A DNA stretch of 63,574 nucleotides, filler included, from Acidimicrobiia bacterium (GTDB taxonomy: Bacteria > Actinomycetota > Acidimicrobiia > Spongiisociales > SHLN01): the NCBI GenBank assembly GCA_041619515.1. It is 6 parts of 6 records of this genome, joined end to end, with 100 filler letters (N's around TTAATTAATTAA, not from the genome) between each part and the next. Parts side by side here need not be neighbours in the genome. Positions count along the whole stretch, not along the records: positions 33,879 to 44,296 come from JBFKDW010000092.1; positions 44,397 to 54,680 come from JBFKDW010000093.1; 4 more parts are not named here. One strand, written 5' to 3'. Of this stretch, positions 38,167-48,968 are shown one piece after another (the first letter of the stretch is position 1; every line of letters begins with the position of its first letter). A model generated the notes under the pieces. The model worked only from the letters and a program-made list of their open reading frames with translations, did no database searches and was not told where the DNA came from. Made by a program: the position numbers and the translations under genes.

Positions 38167-39389
38167 GTGATCAGAGCCAGCCGCCGATTCCACCCGAAGT
38201 GTCCGACGAGGAAGGCATGTCCGCCTTCTTCAAGGACCTCACCGGGGCGGGACAGCGATTCAACTGGCGCGCCAATCTCCTGGTTCCGGCTCTCGCCATC
38301 CTCAGCGCGCTCATCGTCGGAGCCGTGGTCATCGCCTTTGGCGATCTCGACACGCTCAAGCTGTGGGGCTCTGATCCGGGCCAAGCCGCCTCTGACACGA
38401 TCAACCGGCTCGTCGACGCTTATGCGGCGCTGTTTGAGGGCGCGGTGGGCGGGCTCGGGCCGATTTCAGAGACGCTCACCCGGGCGGCGCCGCTCATCCT
38501 CGCCGGGCTGGCGGTTGCCATCGGTTTCCAGGCGGGGCTCTTCAACATCGGTGCCAACGGGCAGATGCTCATCGGTGGGATGTTCGCTCTCGTTGTTGGG
38601 TTCCAGTTCGACCTCCCGATCTTTCTCCACATACCCATCGGGGTGGTGGCCGCACTCATCGGCGGAGCGATCTGGGGTGGAATCCCCGGGTATTTGCGGG
38701 CCAAGACCGGTGCGCACGAGGTCATCACGACGATCATGCTCAATTTCATTGCCTTGCGCCTGGTCGACTATCTCCTCACCGTCGATTTCTTCCAACTCAC
38801 GGGCCGGGACGACCCGGTTTCCAAGAGCGTGCTCGCCTCGGCCCGCTACCCGAAGCTGATCGACTTCATCAACGCTCGCTACCGGGTCCACCTCGGCATC
38901 ATCATCGCCATACTCGCTGCCTGGTTCATCTGGTGGCTGCTGTTCCGGTCCACCATCGGATTCGAGTTCCGGGCCGTGGGTGCCAACCCTGACGGTGCCA
39001 AGTACGCCGGCATGAACGTGGTCTGGCTCATCGTGGCGGTCATGGCCGTGGCCGGTGCCATGGCCGGGCTCGCCGGAGGCGATCAGGTGCTCGGAACCCT
39101 CGGGAGAGCGACCCCCGGGTTCGTGGGCGTGATTGGATTTGACGCCATCGCCCTTGCCCTCCTCGGGAGATCACACCCGTTTGGTGTCGTGGCGGCCGGC
39201 CTCCTGTTCGGCGGCCTTGCCGCCGGAGGCCAGAACATGCAGGCATCCACCGACGTCGGCGTCGACATCGTGCAGGTCATCCAGGCGCTCATCATCGTTT
39301 TCATCGCCGCCCCGGCCCTCATCAAGGCCATCTACCGGGTGCGAGCCGACACCGAAGCGGCGCAGGTGTCACAGGGCTGGGCGACGTGA
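38163..39389 (+). CDS. Nucleoside ABC transporter permease
   Basis: FNIGANGQ, HEVITTIMLN and GFDAIALALLG motifs. Confidence 0.9.
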   Translation: MSDQSQPPIPPEVSDEEGMSAFFKDLTGAGQRFNWRANLLVPALAILSALIVGAVVIAFGDLDTLKLWGSDPGQAASDTINRLVDAYAALFEGAVGGLGPISETLTRAAPLILAGLAVAIGFQAGLFNIGANGQMLIGGMFALVVGFQFDLPIFLHIPIGVVAALIGGAIWGGIPGYLRAKTGAHEVITTIMLNFIALRLVDYLLTVDFFQLTGRDDPVSKSVLASARYPKLIDFINARYRVHLGIIIAILAAWFIWWLLFRSTIGFEFRAVGANPDGAKYAGMNVVWLIVAVMAVAGAMAGLAGGDQVLGTLGRATPGFVGVIGFDAIALALLGRSHPFGVVAAGLLFGGLAAGGQNMQASTDVGVDIVQVIQALIIVFIAAPALIKAIYRVRADTEAAQVSQGWAT

Positions 39390-40654
39390 CGGCTGCCACC
39401 GTCGTCGACGCCGGTGGACGGGAAATCCGCACGCCCGCCGAGATCCGGCGCGCCCAGATCCTCGCCGTCGTCTATCTGGTGCTCGCCGCCGTCACGTTGT
39501 TCGCCTTTGGTCTCGGCTCGGAGGGCTCGGCGACGTTCGTGATCAGCCGGCCCGATGACACGTTCAGAGTCGGGAATGTCACGGTGTCGGCCGCCGGCCT
39601 GGCCTACGTGGTGGCGGCCATCCTCGCCTTTCTCGGTGCCCGGCAGTGGATGCGCGGCTTCGGGTCGCGAACCAATCTCGTTCTCGCTATCGGCCTCGGC
39701 CTCTTCGCGTTGTCGTTTCTGGCCTGGGCGGCGGCGGGCACATCGTTCAGTCTGGTCGGGATCTTCCAGGAGGCCATCAAGCGAGCGGTCCCGATCACCT
39801 TCGGAGCCATTTCGGGTGTGCTCTGTGAGCGTACCGGCATCATCAACATCGGGATCGAGGGCATGCTGCTGGCCGGCGCCTTCACAGGCGCCATCGTCGG
39901 GTCGACGCTCGGAGCGGCAGCCGGCATGATCGGAGCTGCCCTCGTCGGCGGCTTGCTGGCGGCAGTCCTGGCCGTGCTCACGGTCAAGTATCGCGTCGAC
40001 CAGATCATCGCCGGAGTAGTGATCAACATCTTCGTGCTGGGGTTGACCTCGTTCTACACATCGCAGATCCTGGTGGAGAACCAGCAGCTCAACAACGCCC
40101 CCATCATGCGGGCCTTCGAGATTCCCCTCCTGGGGGACATCCCGTTCATCGGGCCGGTGCTGTTCGATCAGAACATCTTTGTGTACGCGATGTATCTGGT
40201 CGTGATCGCCACCACGTATGGTCTGTTTCAAACCCGCTGGGGCCTCCGGACCCGGGCGGTCGGCGAGAAGCCGCGCGCAGCCGACACCGTCGGCATCAAC
40301 GTCTTCTCGATGAAGTACCTCAACGTCATCATCGGGGGACTCGTTGCCGGCTTCGGCGGGGCCTACTTCACGATTGGCTCGGTCGGTCGCTTCGACGAGA
40401 ACATGACTCTCGGCCGCGGATTCATCGGACTGGCCGCCATGATCTTCGGTCGCTGGCACCCGGTCGGCGCCCTCTCGGCCGCTCTCGTGTTCGGCTTCGC
40501 CGACTCTTTGCAGGTGAAGCTCGGCATCCTCGACACGCCCATTCCCTCCGAATTCCTAGCGATGGCGCCCTACCTCGTCACGATCGTGGTCGTGGCCGGC
40601 CTGGTGGGCCGCAGCCGCCCGCCCAGCGACTACACGGCGTACGTCAAGGAATAG
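39386..40654 (+). CDS. Nucleoside ABC transporter permease
   Basis: ERTGIINIGIEG, GLRTRAVGE and GRGFIGLAA motifs. Confidence 0.9.
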   Translation: MTAATVVDAGGREIRTPAEIRRAQILAVVYLVLAAVTLFAFGLGSEGSATFVISRPDDTFRVGNVTVSAAGLAYVVAAILAFLGARQWMRGFGSRTNLVLAIGLGLFALSFLAWAAAGTSFSLVGIFQEAIKRAVPITFGAISGVLCERTGIINIGIEGMLLAGAFTGAIVGSTLGAAAGMIGAALVGGLLAAVLAVLTVKYRVDQIIAGVVINIFVLGLTSFYTSQILVENQQLNNAPIMRAFEIPLLGDIPFIGPVLFDQNIFVYAMYLVVIATTYGLFQTRWGLRTRAVGEKPRAADTVGINVFSMKYLNVIIGGLVAGFGGAYFTIGSVGRFDENMTLGRGFIGLAAMIFGRWHPVGALSAALVFGFADSLQVKLGILDTPIPSEFLAMAPYLVTIVVVAGLVGRSRPPSDYTAYVKE

Positions 40655-40781
40655 CTCGAGCCAGGCTCCAGCGGGCGCCTGCTCTCACCGGGGCTACGAG
40701 GTCTCCCCGGAGGGGGCGAGTCTGCGCCGCGAAGGGGAGCGGTGCTCCGGGCGTCCCTCGGAGCAGGTCCGGCAACCCGCC

Positions 40782-41606
40782 CTACCCGCCGTCCGAGACG
40801 ACGGTCCCGAAGAACTTGATGTCCTCGATTGCCAGCTCTTTGAACGGCTGCTGGTCGCCGACGGCTTCGGCGGGGTAGGTGGATGTCACCTCGATGCGCA
40901 CGGTCTTGGTGAGCGTCGTCTGGATTGCCACCGGCTGGACGTCACGGGTGTTGGCCAGCTCCACGATGGTGGGCCGGGTTGTGTCGTCTGGGCTGATGCG
41001 AAGCCCGCGCACGCGGAAGTTCTGCAAGAACTTGGCCTCGTCACTGATGTTCTTGAACTCGATGCGCTCGAGGGCTACCGGCTCGGGGAAGAAGAAGGTG
41101 AGTGTGGCACCGACGCCTTCCTGACCGACCTGCCACATGGTGGAGGGATCGCTGTCGATGAGATTGTCGGCCGGGAACCCGGATAGCTGGGCCGAGGGCA
41201 CGACCCGGTTGGCCGTGAGCTCTACCGTCTCGGGCGGGCTCCCTCCGTTCCCGGCGGCAGTCGAGCTGGTCGCTTGGGCGCCGTTCGCGGTGGTGGTTGG
41301 CGTGGGTGCGTCGTCGCCCACGAATGCGTTGTAGAAGAAGGCGATGATGGCAACGACGGCGATGACCGCTGCGGTCACGATCAGGGCTCGGGACCCGGCC
41401 GTACTCCGAACCAGGGGCTGGGGAGCCATTGGGAGTGGACCCTGGGCCACCCGGGCTCCGCACGAGACGCAGTGCCGGCTGGTGGCGACGTTCATAGTGC
41501 CGCAGGACGGGCACGGAACGGATGGGACGGAGGGAGCGGGCGGAGGCGACGGGTCGCCTGCGACGGGCTCGAAAAGATCGTCGAATGGTTCCCGCGTGTC
41601 TCCCAC
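40782..41606 (-). CDS. Zinc-ribbon, single-TM, discoidin/F5-8-like glycan-binding protein
   Basis: CPSCG..N....HCVSCG, one TM helix, NLIDSDPSTMW; AAGGAG RBS before GTG 41606. Confidence 0.72.
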   Translation of the reverse strand: MGDTREPFDDLFEPVAGDPSPPPAPSVPSVPCPSCGTMNVATSRHCVSCGARVAQGPLPMAPQPLVRSTAGSRALIVTAAVIAVVAIIAFFYNAFVGDDAPTPTTTANGAQATSSTAAGNGGSPPETVELTANRVVPSAQLSGFPADNLIDSDPSTMWQVGQEGVGATLTFFFPEPVALERIEFKNISDEAKFLQNFRVRGLRISPDDTTRPTIVELANTRDVQPVAIQTTLTKTVRIEVTSTYPAEAVGDQQPFKELAIEDIKFFGTVVSDGG

Positions 41607-41710
41607 CAGTGCTCCTTGATTCTGCGGCCGGGCCTTCCATTCTGGCACGGAACCGGCGATGCCGCTTCCGGAGCCCGTTTCGTGTCACACCCCGCTTCTA
41701 CGGTGGGCGC

Positions 41711-43054
41711 ATGCAGTACAAATGCAGCCAGTGTGGGTTCTCGTCGGGCAAGTGGATGGGGTTCTGTCCGCAGTGCCGGGCGTCGGAGCCGCTGGAACCT
41801 CCGCGGGAGCAGATTGCCCTGGCAGCGCCGGTTCGCCTGTCAGGTGACGGCGGCCGGCGCCTCGAGTCGGGAATCACCGAACTCGATCGTGTCCTCGGCG
41901 GTGGCCTGGTTGGAGGCTCGTCGGTGCTGCTCGGTGGAGAGCCCGGGATTGGCAAGTCGACGCTGCTGCTGCAACTGGCTTCCGCACTGGCCGGAGGCGG
42001 CCATCCGGTGCTGGTGGCCACAGCCGAGGAGTCAGTGGACCAGGTTGCGTTGCGCGCGGCCCGTTTGGGATGCCAGAACGTGTCGGTCGTAGCCGAGCCG
42101 GACGTCGATCGAATCACCGAGCACGCCGCCTCCGCCGGAGTGTCTGCCGTGGTGGTCGACTCCATTCAGACCGTGTCTGCCCCCGACATGAGCGGGGTCT
42201 CGGGCGGCGTCAACCAGGTGCGGGAGTCCGCCCAGCGTCTCGTTCGCTTCGCCAAGACAACCGGGACCGCCGTCGTGCTGGTTGGGCACGTCACCAAAGA
42301 CGGTTCGATTGCCGGCCCCAAGCAACTGGAACACCTCGTCGACGTGGTCCTCTCGCTCGAGGGTGAAGCAGAGCTCGGTCTCCGGGTGCTGCGGAGCCAG
42401 AAGAACCGCTTCGGGGCGACGCACCAGGTTGGGCTGTTCCAGATGACCGAGGGCGGGATGGAGGCGGTGACCGAGCCGCTCCTGGGCGCTTGGTGGGGCG
42501 ACGTGCCGGGAACCGTCGCCTTTGCCGGCATGGAGGGGCGACGCTCCATCCTGGTCGAGATCCAGGCCCTGGTGGCATCCTCCTCCACTCCCCAGCCGCG
42601 ACGCAGTGTGAAAGGAGTCGAAGTCGCCAGGCTGCACCAGATCCTCGCCGTGCTCGAGCGTCACGGCGGGGTCTCCTTCGGCGGGCTCGACGTGTATGTG
42701 AACGTGACCGGCGGCCTGCGCATCCGGGAGCCGGCGGCCGATTTGCCGGTCGCGCTGGCACTGGTGTCTTCGCTCCAAGACCATCCTCTGGGACGAGTGG
42801 CCGCCTGGGGCGAGGTGGGGTTGACGGGTGAAGTACGGTCGGTTTCGGCCGCCCAGCACAGGCGCGAGGAGGCAGCTCGAGCGGGGCTGGGCGTCGTGGC
42901 ACCGGGGTCGGATCGAGCTCGGATAGAGGCGCTTCTCGCCCGTTCGGGCTTGTCCTCAAGCAGTTCAGACCCTGTAGTAGCCTCCGGGATCGATGGTCAC
43001 TCATATGCCTTCGTCACTGCTCGAGGTGCTGCGGCGATTGGCTCCGGGCACTGA
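41711..43054 (+). CDS. radA: DNA repair protein RadA/Sms
   Basis: C4 zinc finger, GEPGIGKST, VDSIQT, GHVTK, KNRFG and a Lon-like C-terminus. Confidence 0.93.
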   Translation: MQYKCSQCGFSSGKWMGFCPQCRASEPLEPPREQIALAAPVRLSGDGGRRLESGITELDRVLGGGLVGGSSVLLGGEPGIGKSTLLLQLASALAGGGHPVLVATAEESVDQVALRAARLGCQNVSVVAEPDVDRITEHAASAGVSAVVVDSIQTVSAPDMSGVSGGVNQVRESAQRLVRFAKTTGTAVVLVGHVTKDGSIAGPKQLEHLVDVVLSLEGEAELGLRVLRSQKNRFGATHQVGLFQMTEGGMEAVTEPLLGAWWGDVPGTVAFAGMEGRRSILVEIQALVASSSTPQPRRSVKGVEVARLHQILAVLERHGGVSFGGLDVYVNVTGGLRIREPAADLPVALALVSSLQDHPLGRVAAWGEVGLTGEVRSVSAAQHRREEAARAGLGVVAPGSDRARIEALLARSGLSSSSSDPVVASGIDGHSYAFVTARGAAAIGSGH

Positions 43055-44057
43055 GCTCCGCAATGCCCTGGAACGCATTATCCAGCATGGGTCTGGAGCT
43101 CTGGTGGTCCTGGGTGAAAGCCCAGCAGTTGACACGCTGTGCACGGGAGGGTTCGCCCTGCGTGACACCGGGTTCACCGAGCAGCGGCTGGCCGAGCTCG
43201 CCAAGATGGACGGTGCCATCGTGATCGACGATCATGCCGAACGCATCCTCCGTGCCAACGTCCATCTCATTCCTGATGCGACCATTCCCACCCGGGAGAC
43301 CGGCACCCGCCACCGGACGGCCGAGCGGATGGCCGTCCAAACCGGCAAGCCGGTGGTGTCGGTGAGTGAAGGTCGCAAGGTGGCGATGGTATTCACCGCC
43401 GAGGGCCGCCACGAGCTGGAGAGCCCGGTCACGGTCCTTCCGCGGGCAAATCAGTTGGTGCAGACGCTCGACCGGTTCCGCCGCCGCCTCGATCTAGCGG
43501 TTGAGCTGCTCACCCGCCAGGAGCTGGAGGGCGAGGCGACGTTCCGCTCTGCGGTGTCGATCATCCAACGAGCGGAGATCATCCATCGCCTGGGAACCGA
43601 GGTCGACGATCTGACGGTGGCGCTCGGCGAAGAGGGAACCCTCGTGCGGTTCCAAGCGGCCGATTTGCTGCAAGGTGTGGCAGAGCTCGCAGATCTCGTC
43701 ATCTCCGACTACGCAACCGGCAGGCGGAAGACCAAGACGCTCGATGACCTGGCCGACCTGTCCATCATGGAGGTCCACGACGCCGAGTCCGTGGCGGGGG
43801 TGTTCGGGTTCAAGGACCCGGACAAGCCGGCTCAAACCGCCGGTTACCGGGTCCTGAACGGTGTTCCGGGACTGCCGGCCGGTGTGAGAGAGGGACTGGT
43901 CGCCCACTTCAAGAGTCTGACGCGGATGATGTCGGCCACCACCGAGCAACTGGCTCGAGTGGAAGGCGTCGGTCGCACCCGCGCCAACCAGCTCCGTGCC
44001 TATTTCGACCAGTTGCAGCAGGAAGCGGGGCTGGTTGTTCGCGTGCAAGACCTCTAG
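42993..44057 (+). CDS. disA: DNA integrity scanning diadenylate cyclase DisA
   Basis: ELAKMDGA and [11 protein letters not shown] motifs, C-terminal HhH (VEGVG); follows radA. Confidence 0.92.
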   Translation: MVTHMPSSLLEVLRRLAPGTELRNALERIIQHGSGALVVLGESPAVDTLCTGGFALRDTGFTEQRLAELAKMDGAIVIDDHAERILRANVHLIPDATIPTRETGTRHRTAERMAVQTGKPVVSVSEGRKVAMVFTAEGRHELESPVTVLPRANQLVQTLDRFRRRLDLAVELLTRQELEGEATFRSAVSIIQRAEIIHRLGTEVDDLTVALGEEGTLVRFQAADLLQGVAELADLVISDYATGRRKTKTLDDLADLSIMEVHDAESVAGVFGFKDPDKPAQTAGYRVLNGVPGLPAGVREGLVAHFKSLTRMMSATTEQLARVEGVGRTRANQLRAYFDQLQQEAGLVVRVQDL

Positions 44058-44078
44058 CCGGGGTATCATCCCGCACCG

Positions 44079-44296
44079 ATGACATCCAAGACCCCCACTC
44101 CCAAGAAGCCTGCCGCCAAGAAGCCTGCCGCCAAGAAGCCTGCCGCCAAGAAGCCTGCTGCCAAGAAGCCTGCTGCCAAGAAGCCTGCTGCCAAGAAGCC
44201 TGCTGCCAAGAAGCCTGCCGCCAAGAAGCCTGCCGCCAAGAAGCCTGCCGCCAAGAAGCCTGCCGCCAAGAAGCCTGCTGCCAAGAAGCCTGCCGC
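44079..44296 (+). CDS. Histone H1-like Lys/Ala/Pro repeat protein, 3'-truncated
   Basis: MTSKTPTP followed by (KKPAA)x12 plus a partial unit, running into the contig end. Confidence 0.6.
44103..44296 (+). repeat. 15-bp tandem repeat AAGAAGCCTGCYGCC, ~13 copies
   Basis: Directly visible; only a synonymous C/T position varies. Confidence 0.95.
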
Positions 44297-44396
44297 NNNN
44301 NNNNNNNNNNNNNNNNNNNNNNNNNNNNNNNNNNNNNNNNTTAATTAATTAANNNNNNNNNNNNNNNNNNNNNNNNNNNNNNNNNNNNNNNNNNNN
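44297..44396. other. Artificial contig linker
   Basis: N44-TTAATTAATTAA-N44. Confidence 0.98.
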
Positions 44397-45145
44397 ATTG
44401 GTTCCGCTTGTACATCGTCGGTCGATTCCTCAACGCCTTCGTGCCGCAAGCAGGCAACGTGTACCGCGGGGCCCGTCTCAAGGAGGACTACCAGATCTCG
44501 ATCACGCGGTATCTGAGCGGATTCGTCGCCTTCACCTGGCTGTCGACGCTCGTGAATCTCCTTATCTCCGTTGGGGTGATCGGCGCGGTCGAGCCCGACA
44601 TCGCGATCGGTGAAGTCTCCGGCCTGCTGATCACGGCGGTGTTCTTGGCCGTGCTGGCCTTCGGCCCTCTTGTCGCTCTCTGGCTCATCCGCAAGTTCGA
44701 TCTGGGACAGGGTCGGTTGGGATGGGCTCGCCGCCGATTGGAGGACCTCCTGGCTAGCGCGCTGTCCATCACCCGATCCGCCAAGGTCATGGTCCGTTTC
44801 GTGCTGGCGGCCCTGACCGGCCTGGGGATTGCCCTCAGCGTGTTCATCCTCTCATTCGACGCTCTCGGGCTGGACGTCACGCTCGCCACCATCTTGTTGT
44901 TCTACGTCATTCTCCAGGTGAGCACGTACATCAACATCACCCCCGGCAATCTCGGCGTCCTGGAATTGGGCTTCGGTGCCCTGGGAGCCCAGATCGGCAT
45001 CGGGCTGGTGGGGGGGCTGCTGGTTGCTGCGCTCGTCCGGATGACGAGCTACGCGGCGCTGCTCATCACGGGACTGGCGCTGGGCGGGCTGAAAGCACTG
45101 CGGCGCCTGCGCGTCTCCGACGGTGCCGGTCAGGCGGGGCCGTAG
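44397..45145 (+). CDS. Lysylphosphatidylglycerol synthase TM/flippase-like domain protein, 5'-truncated
   Basis: FLN.FVP.AG...R, ITPGNLGVLE and AALVR motifs. Confidence 0.78.
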
Positions 45146-45768
45146 ACGTGGAAATCCGCCCGGAGGTCCCGATCGTTGGCTGGTTCGATCCCGGTGGTGA
45201 CGGATTCGAGGGCCCAGCCGGGAAACGATCCGGCGATGACCCTCGTGAAGCTGCGGTAGCGCACATGAGCTGCGGTCTCGCTGCGTGGCACGTCGACATC
45301 GGGACCGTAGATGATGACGTTGCGAGCCGCCGAAGCGAAGAGATGGGCCAGGTGCCGGTGAAACGTCTCTTCTTCGATCAAATGGAGCACGACGTCGAGT
45401 GAGAGGCCGAGCTCGGCGGTGACCGGCTGATAGGAGCCCGGGTGGTACAGGGCGAAGCGTTTCGTTTCGTCGCCGTCGAATCGAGCGCGGCAGCGGGCGA
45501 TTGCGTCCGGTGACACATCCAAACCGAGATACCCCGGGTAGTCGGCCAGCGCCAGCTGATTCCCATCGCCGCAGCCGAACTCCACAACGCTCTTGATGTG
45601 GCGGGATGCCACGAAGTTGTTGAGGAATTCGGCTTTGAACGACGCGAAGTCGCCGTAGGAGCCCGGACCGGAGGTCCCGCCCCGGGTATAGCGCCGATCC
45701 CAGTAGCGAGCCGACCCGGGGAAGAAGCGGCGTCGCACCGAACGGACGATGCGCCGGGGGACGCTCAC
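45130..45768 (-). CDS. Class I SAM-dependent methyltransferase
   Basis: YWDRRY..GG.SG.GS, VEFGCGDG and YLGLDVS motifs. Confidence 0.82.
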   Translation of the reverse strand: MSVPRRIVRSVRRRFFPGSARYWDRRYTRGGTSGPGSYGDFASFKAEFLNNFVASRHIKSVVEFGCGDGNQLALADYPGYLGLDVSPDAIARCRARFDGDETKRFALYHPGSYQPVTAELGLSLDVVLHLIEEETFHRHLAHLFASAARNVIIYGPDVDVPRSETAAHVRYRSFTRVIAGSFPGWALESVTTGIEPANDRDLRADFHVYGPA

Positions 45769-45792
45769 GCGGGCCGGAACCGACGCATGCGC

Positions 45793-46725
45793 TCAGTCAT
45801 CTCCGTTTGAGGTTGCGGGCAGCTCGTAGTCCTGGCGCTTGTTGAGGCTCACCATGAGGTCGGCGATCATGCCGACGATGGCAAGCGTGAGCCCGAGCCC
45901 GAGAAGCGCCAGGGTATTGGTCCCGAGTCGCCAGTCCTTGTCGAAGATGTCGTACACCACCTTGGCTCCCCCGATCAGCAGCACCAGCATCGCCGGCGGC
46001 ATGAAAACTCGCAGCGGGTTGTACATGAGCATCATGCGTATCACCTGCAGCAAATAGCGGCGGGTGTCCTTCCACCAGTGGAACTTGGACTCACCGGCCC
46101 GCGGGTAGTAGTCGATCGGGACGTATTTCACCGAATAGCCGTTGCTGATGAAGGCGAGGGTGAGGGTCGTCACACACGAGAACCCCCTCGGGAGGAGATA
46201 GAGGTACTGGTAGGCAACCGTCCGGCGGAATACCCGCAACCCGCTGTTGAGGTCGGGAATGTTGAAGTCGACCAGGTAGCCGGCCAGCCGCCGAATGAGC
46301 CACTTGGCAGGCGTTCGCAGCAACTTGACGGTTCCCTGCTCGGACGTGCGGGCACCCACCACCTGGTCCCAGCCGGCGTCCAGCTCCTTGACGAGGCGGG
46401 GGATCTCGTCGTTCGGGTAGGTCATGTCGACGTCCGTCCACGCCACCACCCGGCCGCGAGCCTGGAGCGTTCCGTACTTGCGAGCCGAGCCCGAGCCGCG
46501 GTTGGTCTGGAACTGAATCAGACGGATTCCTTCGATCTGGCGAAGGCGATCGCCCGAGCCGTCGGTGGAGCCGTCATCGATGACGATGATCTCGTAGGAG
46601 TACTCGGAAGCAGCCAGGGAGTCACGGATCCTGGCGATCTCGGCATCGAGGTGCCCCCGTTCGTTGAACACGGGAAGGATCACCGAGATATCGACGGTGG
46701 ATGGCTGCGGCTCGTGCATTTGCAT
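45793..46725 (-). CDS. Glycosyltransferase family 2 (polyprenol-phosphate glycosyltransferase-like)
   Basis: SVILPVFNE, IDDGSTD, TDVD, DLNSGLR and two C-terminal TM helices. Confidence 0.88.
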   Translation of the reverse strand: MQMHEPQPSTVDISVILPVFNERGHLDAEIARIRDSLAASEYSYEIIVIDDGSTDGSGDRLRQIEGIRLIQFQTNRGSGSARKYGTLQARGRVVAWTDVDMTYPNDEIPRLVKELDAGWDQVVGARTSEQGTVKLLRTPAKWLIRRLAGYLVDFNIPDLNSGLRVFRRTVAYQYLYLLPRGFSCVTTLTLAFISNGYSVKYVPIDYYPRAGESKFHWWKDTRRYLLQVIRMMLMYNPLRVFMPPAMLVLLIGGAKVVYDIFDKDWRLGTNTLALLGLGLTLAIVGMIADLMVSLNKRQDYELPATSNGDD

Positions 46726-46862
46726 TGGTATCGACCGGTGGCTGAGCGGTCTGAAGGCACGATACCGCCACCCGGCTGTTTCCGGCCGGGTTTGGGACCG
46801 ACCGGACCGCGCTGGTGCTGCATCCGCCACCCCCCGGCCCGGTCCGGGGCGGGCGACGGCGG

Positions 46863-48872
46863 TCAGCCGGGGGCGGCCTCCGCCATTTCCCGCAGCTCTC
46901 GCTTGAGGCCCTGGATCTCGTCCCGCAAGCGGGCGGCATACTCGAATCGAAGGTCGGCTGCGGCCTCGTGCATCTCTTCTTCGAGGCTCTGAATGAGCCG
47001 CCCGAGGTCGTCGGCCGGCAGGTCGAGGCTCGGCCTCGCCTCCCGCTTGCGGCGCTCCACCGAGGGTGCTTCCGACGTCTGCAGCAACTCGAGGATGTCC
47101 GACACGTTCTTGCGCACGGTTTGGGGGTCGATGTCGTGCTCGACGTTGTAGGCCAGCTGAGCGGCCCGGCGCCGGTTGGTCTCATTGATCGCCCACTGCA
47201 TCGAGTCGGTGACCGCATCGGCGTACATGACCACCTGGCCCGCCACGTTACGGGCGGCCCGCCCGATGGTCTGGATCAGGCTGGTCGAAGAGCGCAGGAA
47301 TCCCTCCTTGTCGGCGTCGAGGATGGCCACCAGCGACACCTCCGGGAGATCGAGCCCCTCGCGCAGCAGGTTGATCCCGACCAGCACATCGAACTCACCC
47401 AGCCGCAAATCCCTCAAGATCTGGACCCGCTCCAGCGTGTCGATCTCGCTGTGCATATACCGGCATCGCAGGCCCATCTCGAGGAGATAGTCGGTGAGAT
47501 CCTCAGACATCTTCTTGGTGAGTGTGGTCACCAGCACCCGCTCGCTCCGCCCGGCCCGTTCTCTGATTTCACCGATGAGGTCATCGATCTGGCCCTTGGT
47601 GGGGCGCACGATCACCTCGGGGTCGAGCAAGCCGGTCGGCCGAACGATCTGTTCGACGATCTGATCGGAATGGGTGCGCTCCCACTCGGCGGGAGTGGCC
47701 GACATCAGCACCACCTGCCCGGTGCGATCGAGCCACTCCTCGAACGTGAGCGGCCGGTTGTCCATGGCGCTCGGCAGCCGAAACCCGTGCTCGACGAGCA
47801 CCGTCTTGCGGCTGTGATCTCCGGCCCACTGCCCGCGGATCTGGGGAATGGTGACGTGGCTCTCGTCGATAACCGTCACATAGTCGTCGGGGAAGTAGTC
47901 GAGCAGCGTGTAGGGGGAGCTGCCTGCGGCCCTGCCGTCCAGATGGCGGCTGTAATTCTCGATCCCGGAGCAGAACCCCACTTCCCTGAGCATCTCGAGG
48001 TCGTACGAGGTCCGCATCCGCAATCGTTGCGCTTCCAGCAGCTTGTTCTGCTTTTCCAACAGGGCGAGCTGCTCGGCCAATTCCTCCTCGATCGTGCCGA
48101 TGGCCCGCTGCATCCGATCCTGTGGTGTGACGAAATGGCTGGCCGGAAAGATGAAGAGCTCTTTGTGCTCTTCAATGACTTCGCCGGTGACCGGGTTCAT
48201 CATGAGGATTCGCTCCACCTCGTCCCCGAAGAACTCGACGCGGGCCACCGTCTCCTCGTAGGCCGGATACACCTCGAGGGTGTCACCCCGCACCCGAAAC
48301 CGCCCCCGGGTGAGGTTGACCTCGTTGCGCTCGTATTGAAGGTCGACGAGCCTGCTGAGCGCCGCCTCCATGGGGAACTCGACCCCTCGAATGAGGCGCA
48401 GCAACTGGCCCTCGTACTGTTCCGGGCTCCCGAGCCCGTAGATCGCCGAAACGGAGGCCACGATGATGACGTCACGTCGCAACAGCAACGCGCTGGTGGC
48501 GGCGTGGCGGAGCCGGTCGATCTCGTCGTTGATAGACGAATCCTTCTCGATGTAGGTGTCGGTCTGGGGGATGTACGCCTCAGGCTGGTAGTAGTCGTAG
48601 TAGCTGACGAAATACTCGACCCGGTTCTCGGGAAAGAACTGGCGGAACTCGTTGGCGAGCTGGGCGGCCAGCGCCTTGTTCGGTGCCAGCACCAGGGTGG
48701 GCCGCTGCACCTGTTCGATCATCCAGGCGATCGTGGCAGATTTCCCCGAGCCGGTGATGCCGAGCAGTGTCTGAAACCGGTCGCCCCGCTCGACTCCCTC
48801 GGCGAGAGCGGCGATGGCCTTGGGTTGGTCGCCGGCGGGCTGGAAATCCGACACCAGCTTGAAATCGGGCAT
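46863..48872 (-). CDS. uvrB: Excinuclease ABC subunit B
   Basis: [38 protein letters not shown] and a UVR domain. Confidence 0.97.
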   Translation of the reverse strand: MPDFKLVSDFQPAGDQPKAIAALAEGVERGDRFQTLLGITGSGKSATIAWMIEQVQRPTLVLAPNKALAAQLANEFRQFFPENRVEYFVSYYDYYQPEAYIPQTDTYIEKDSSINDEIDRLRHAATSALLLRRDVIIVASVSAIYGLGSPEQYEGQLLRLIRGVEFPMEAALSRLVDLQYERNEVNLTRGRFRVRGDTLEVYPAYEETVARVEFFGDEVERILMMNPVTGEVIEEHKELFIFPASHFVTPQDRMQRAIGTIEEELAEQLALLEKQNKLLEAQRLRMRTSYDLEMLREVGFCSGIENYSRHLDGRAAGSSPYTLLDYFPDDYVTVIDESHVTIPQIRGQWAGDHSRKTVLVEHGFRLPSAMDNRPLTFEEWLDRTGQVVLMSATPAEWERTHSDQIVEQIVRPTGLLDPEVIVRPTKGQIDDLIGEIRERAGRSERVLVTTLTKKMSEDLTDYLLEMGLRCRYMHSEIDTLERVQILRDLRLGEFDVLVGINLLREGLDLPEVSLVAILDADKEGFLRSSTSLIQTIGRAARNVAGQVVMYADAVTDSMQWAINETNRRRAAQLAYNVEHDIDPQTVRKNVSDILELLQTSEAPSVERRKREARPSLDLPADDLGRLIQSLEEEMHEAAADLRFEYAARLRDEIQGLKRELREMAEAAPG

Positions 48873-48968
48873 GTCCGGCAGTGTAGGGAGCGGGTGTGAC
48901 AAGCAGCCGTGCGGGCTACCGGGTTCCCCTCAGGGCTCGCCCGGGACCCGAGGTTGGGACGCCGGGCC

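Noticed and set aside
42993..43054. 62-bp radA/disA overlap as a recoding signal
   Set aside because: Explained by a low-complexity C-terminal extension of RadA; no slippery site seen.
44066..44284. Minus-strand (AAGFL)n ORF
   Set aside because: Antisense shadow of the KKPAA repeat.
46815..48899. 694-aa plus-strand ORF, and similar long antisense ORFs such as 5812-7326 and 21k-22k
   Set aside because: Shadow ORFs opposite well-supported genes such as uvrB, as expected from high-GC codon bias.
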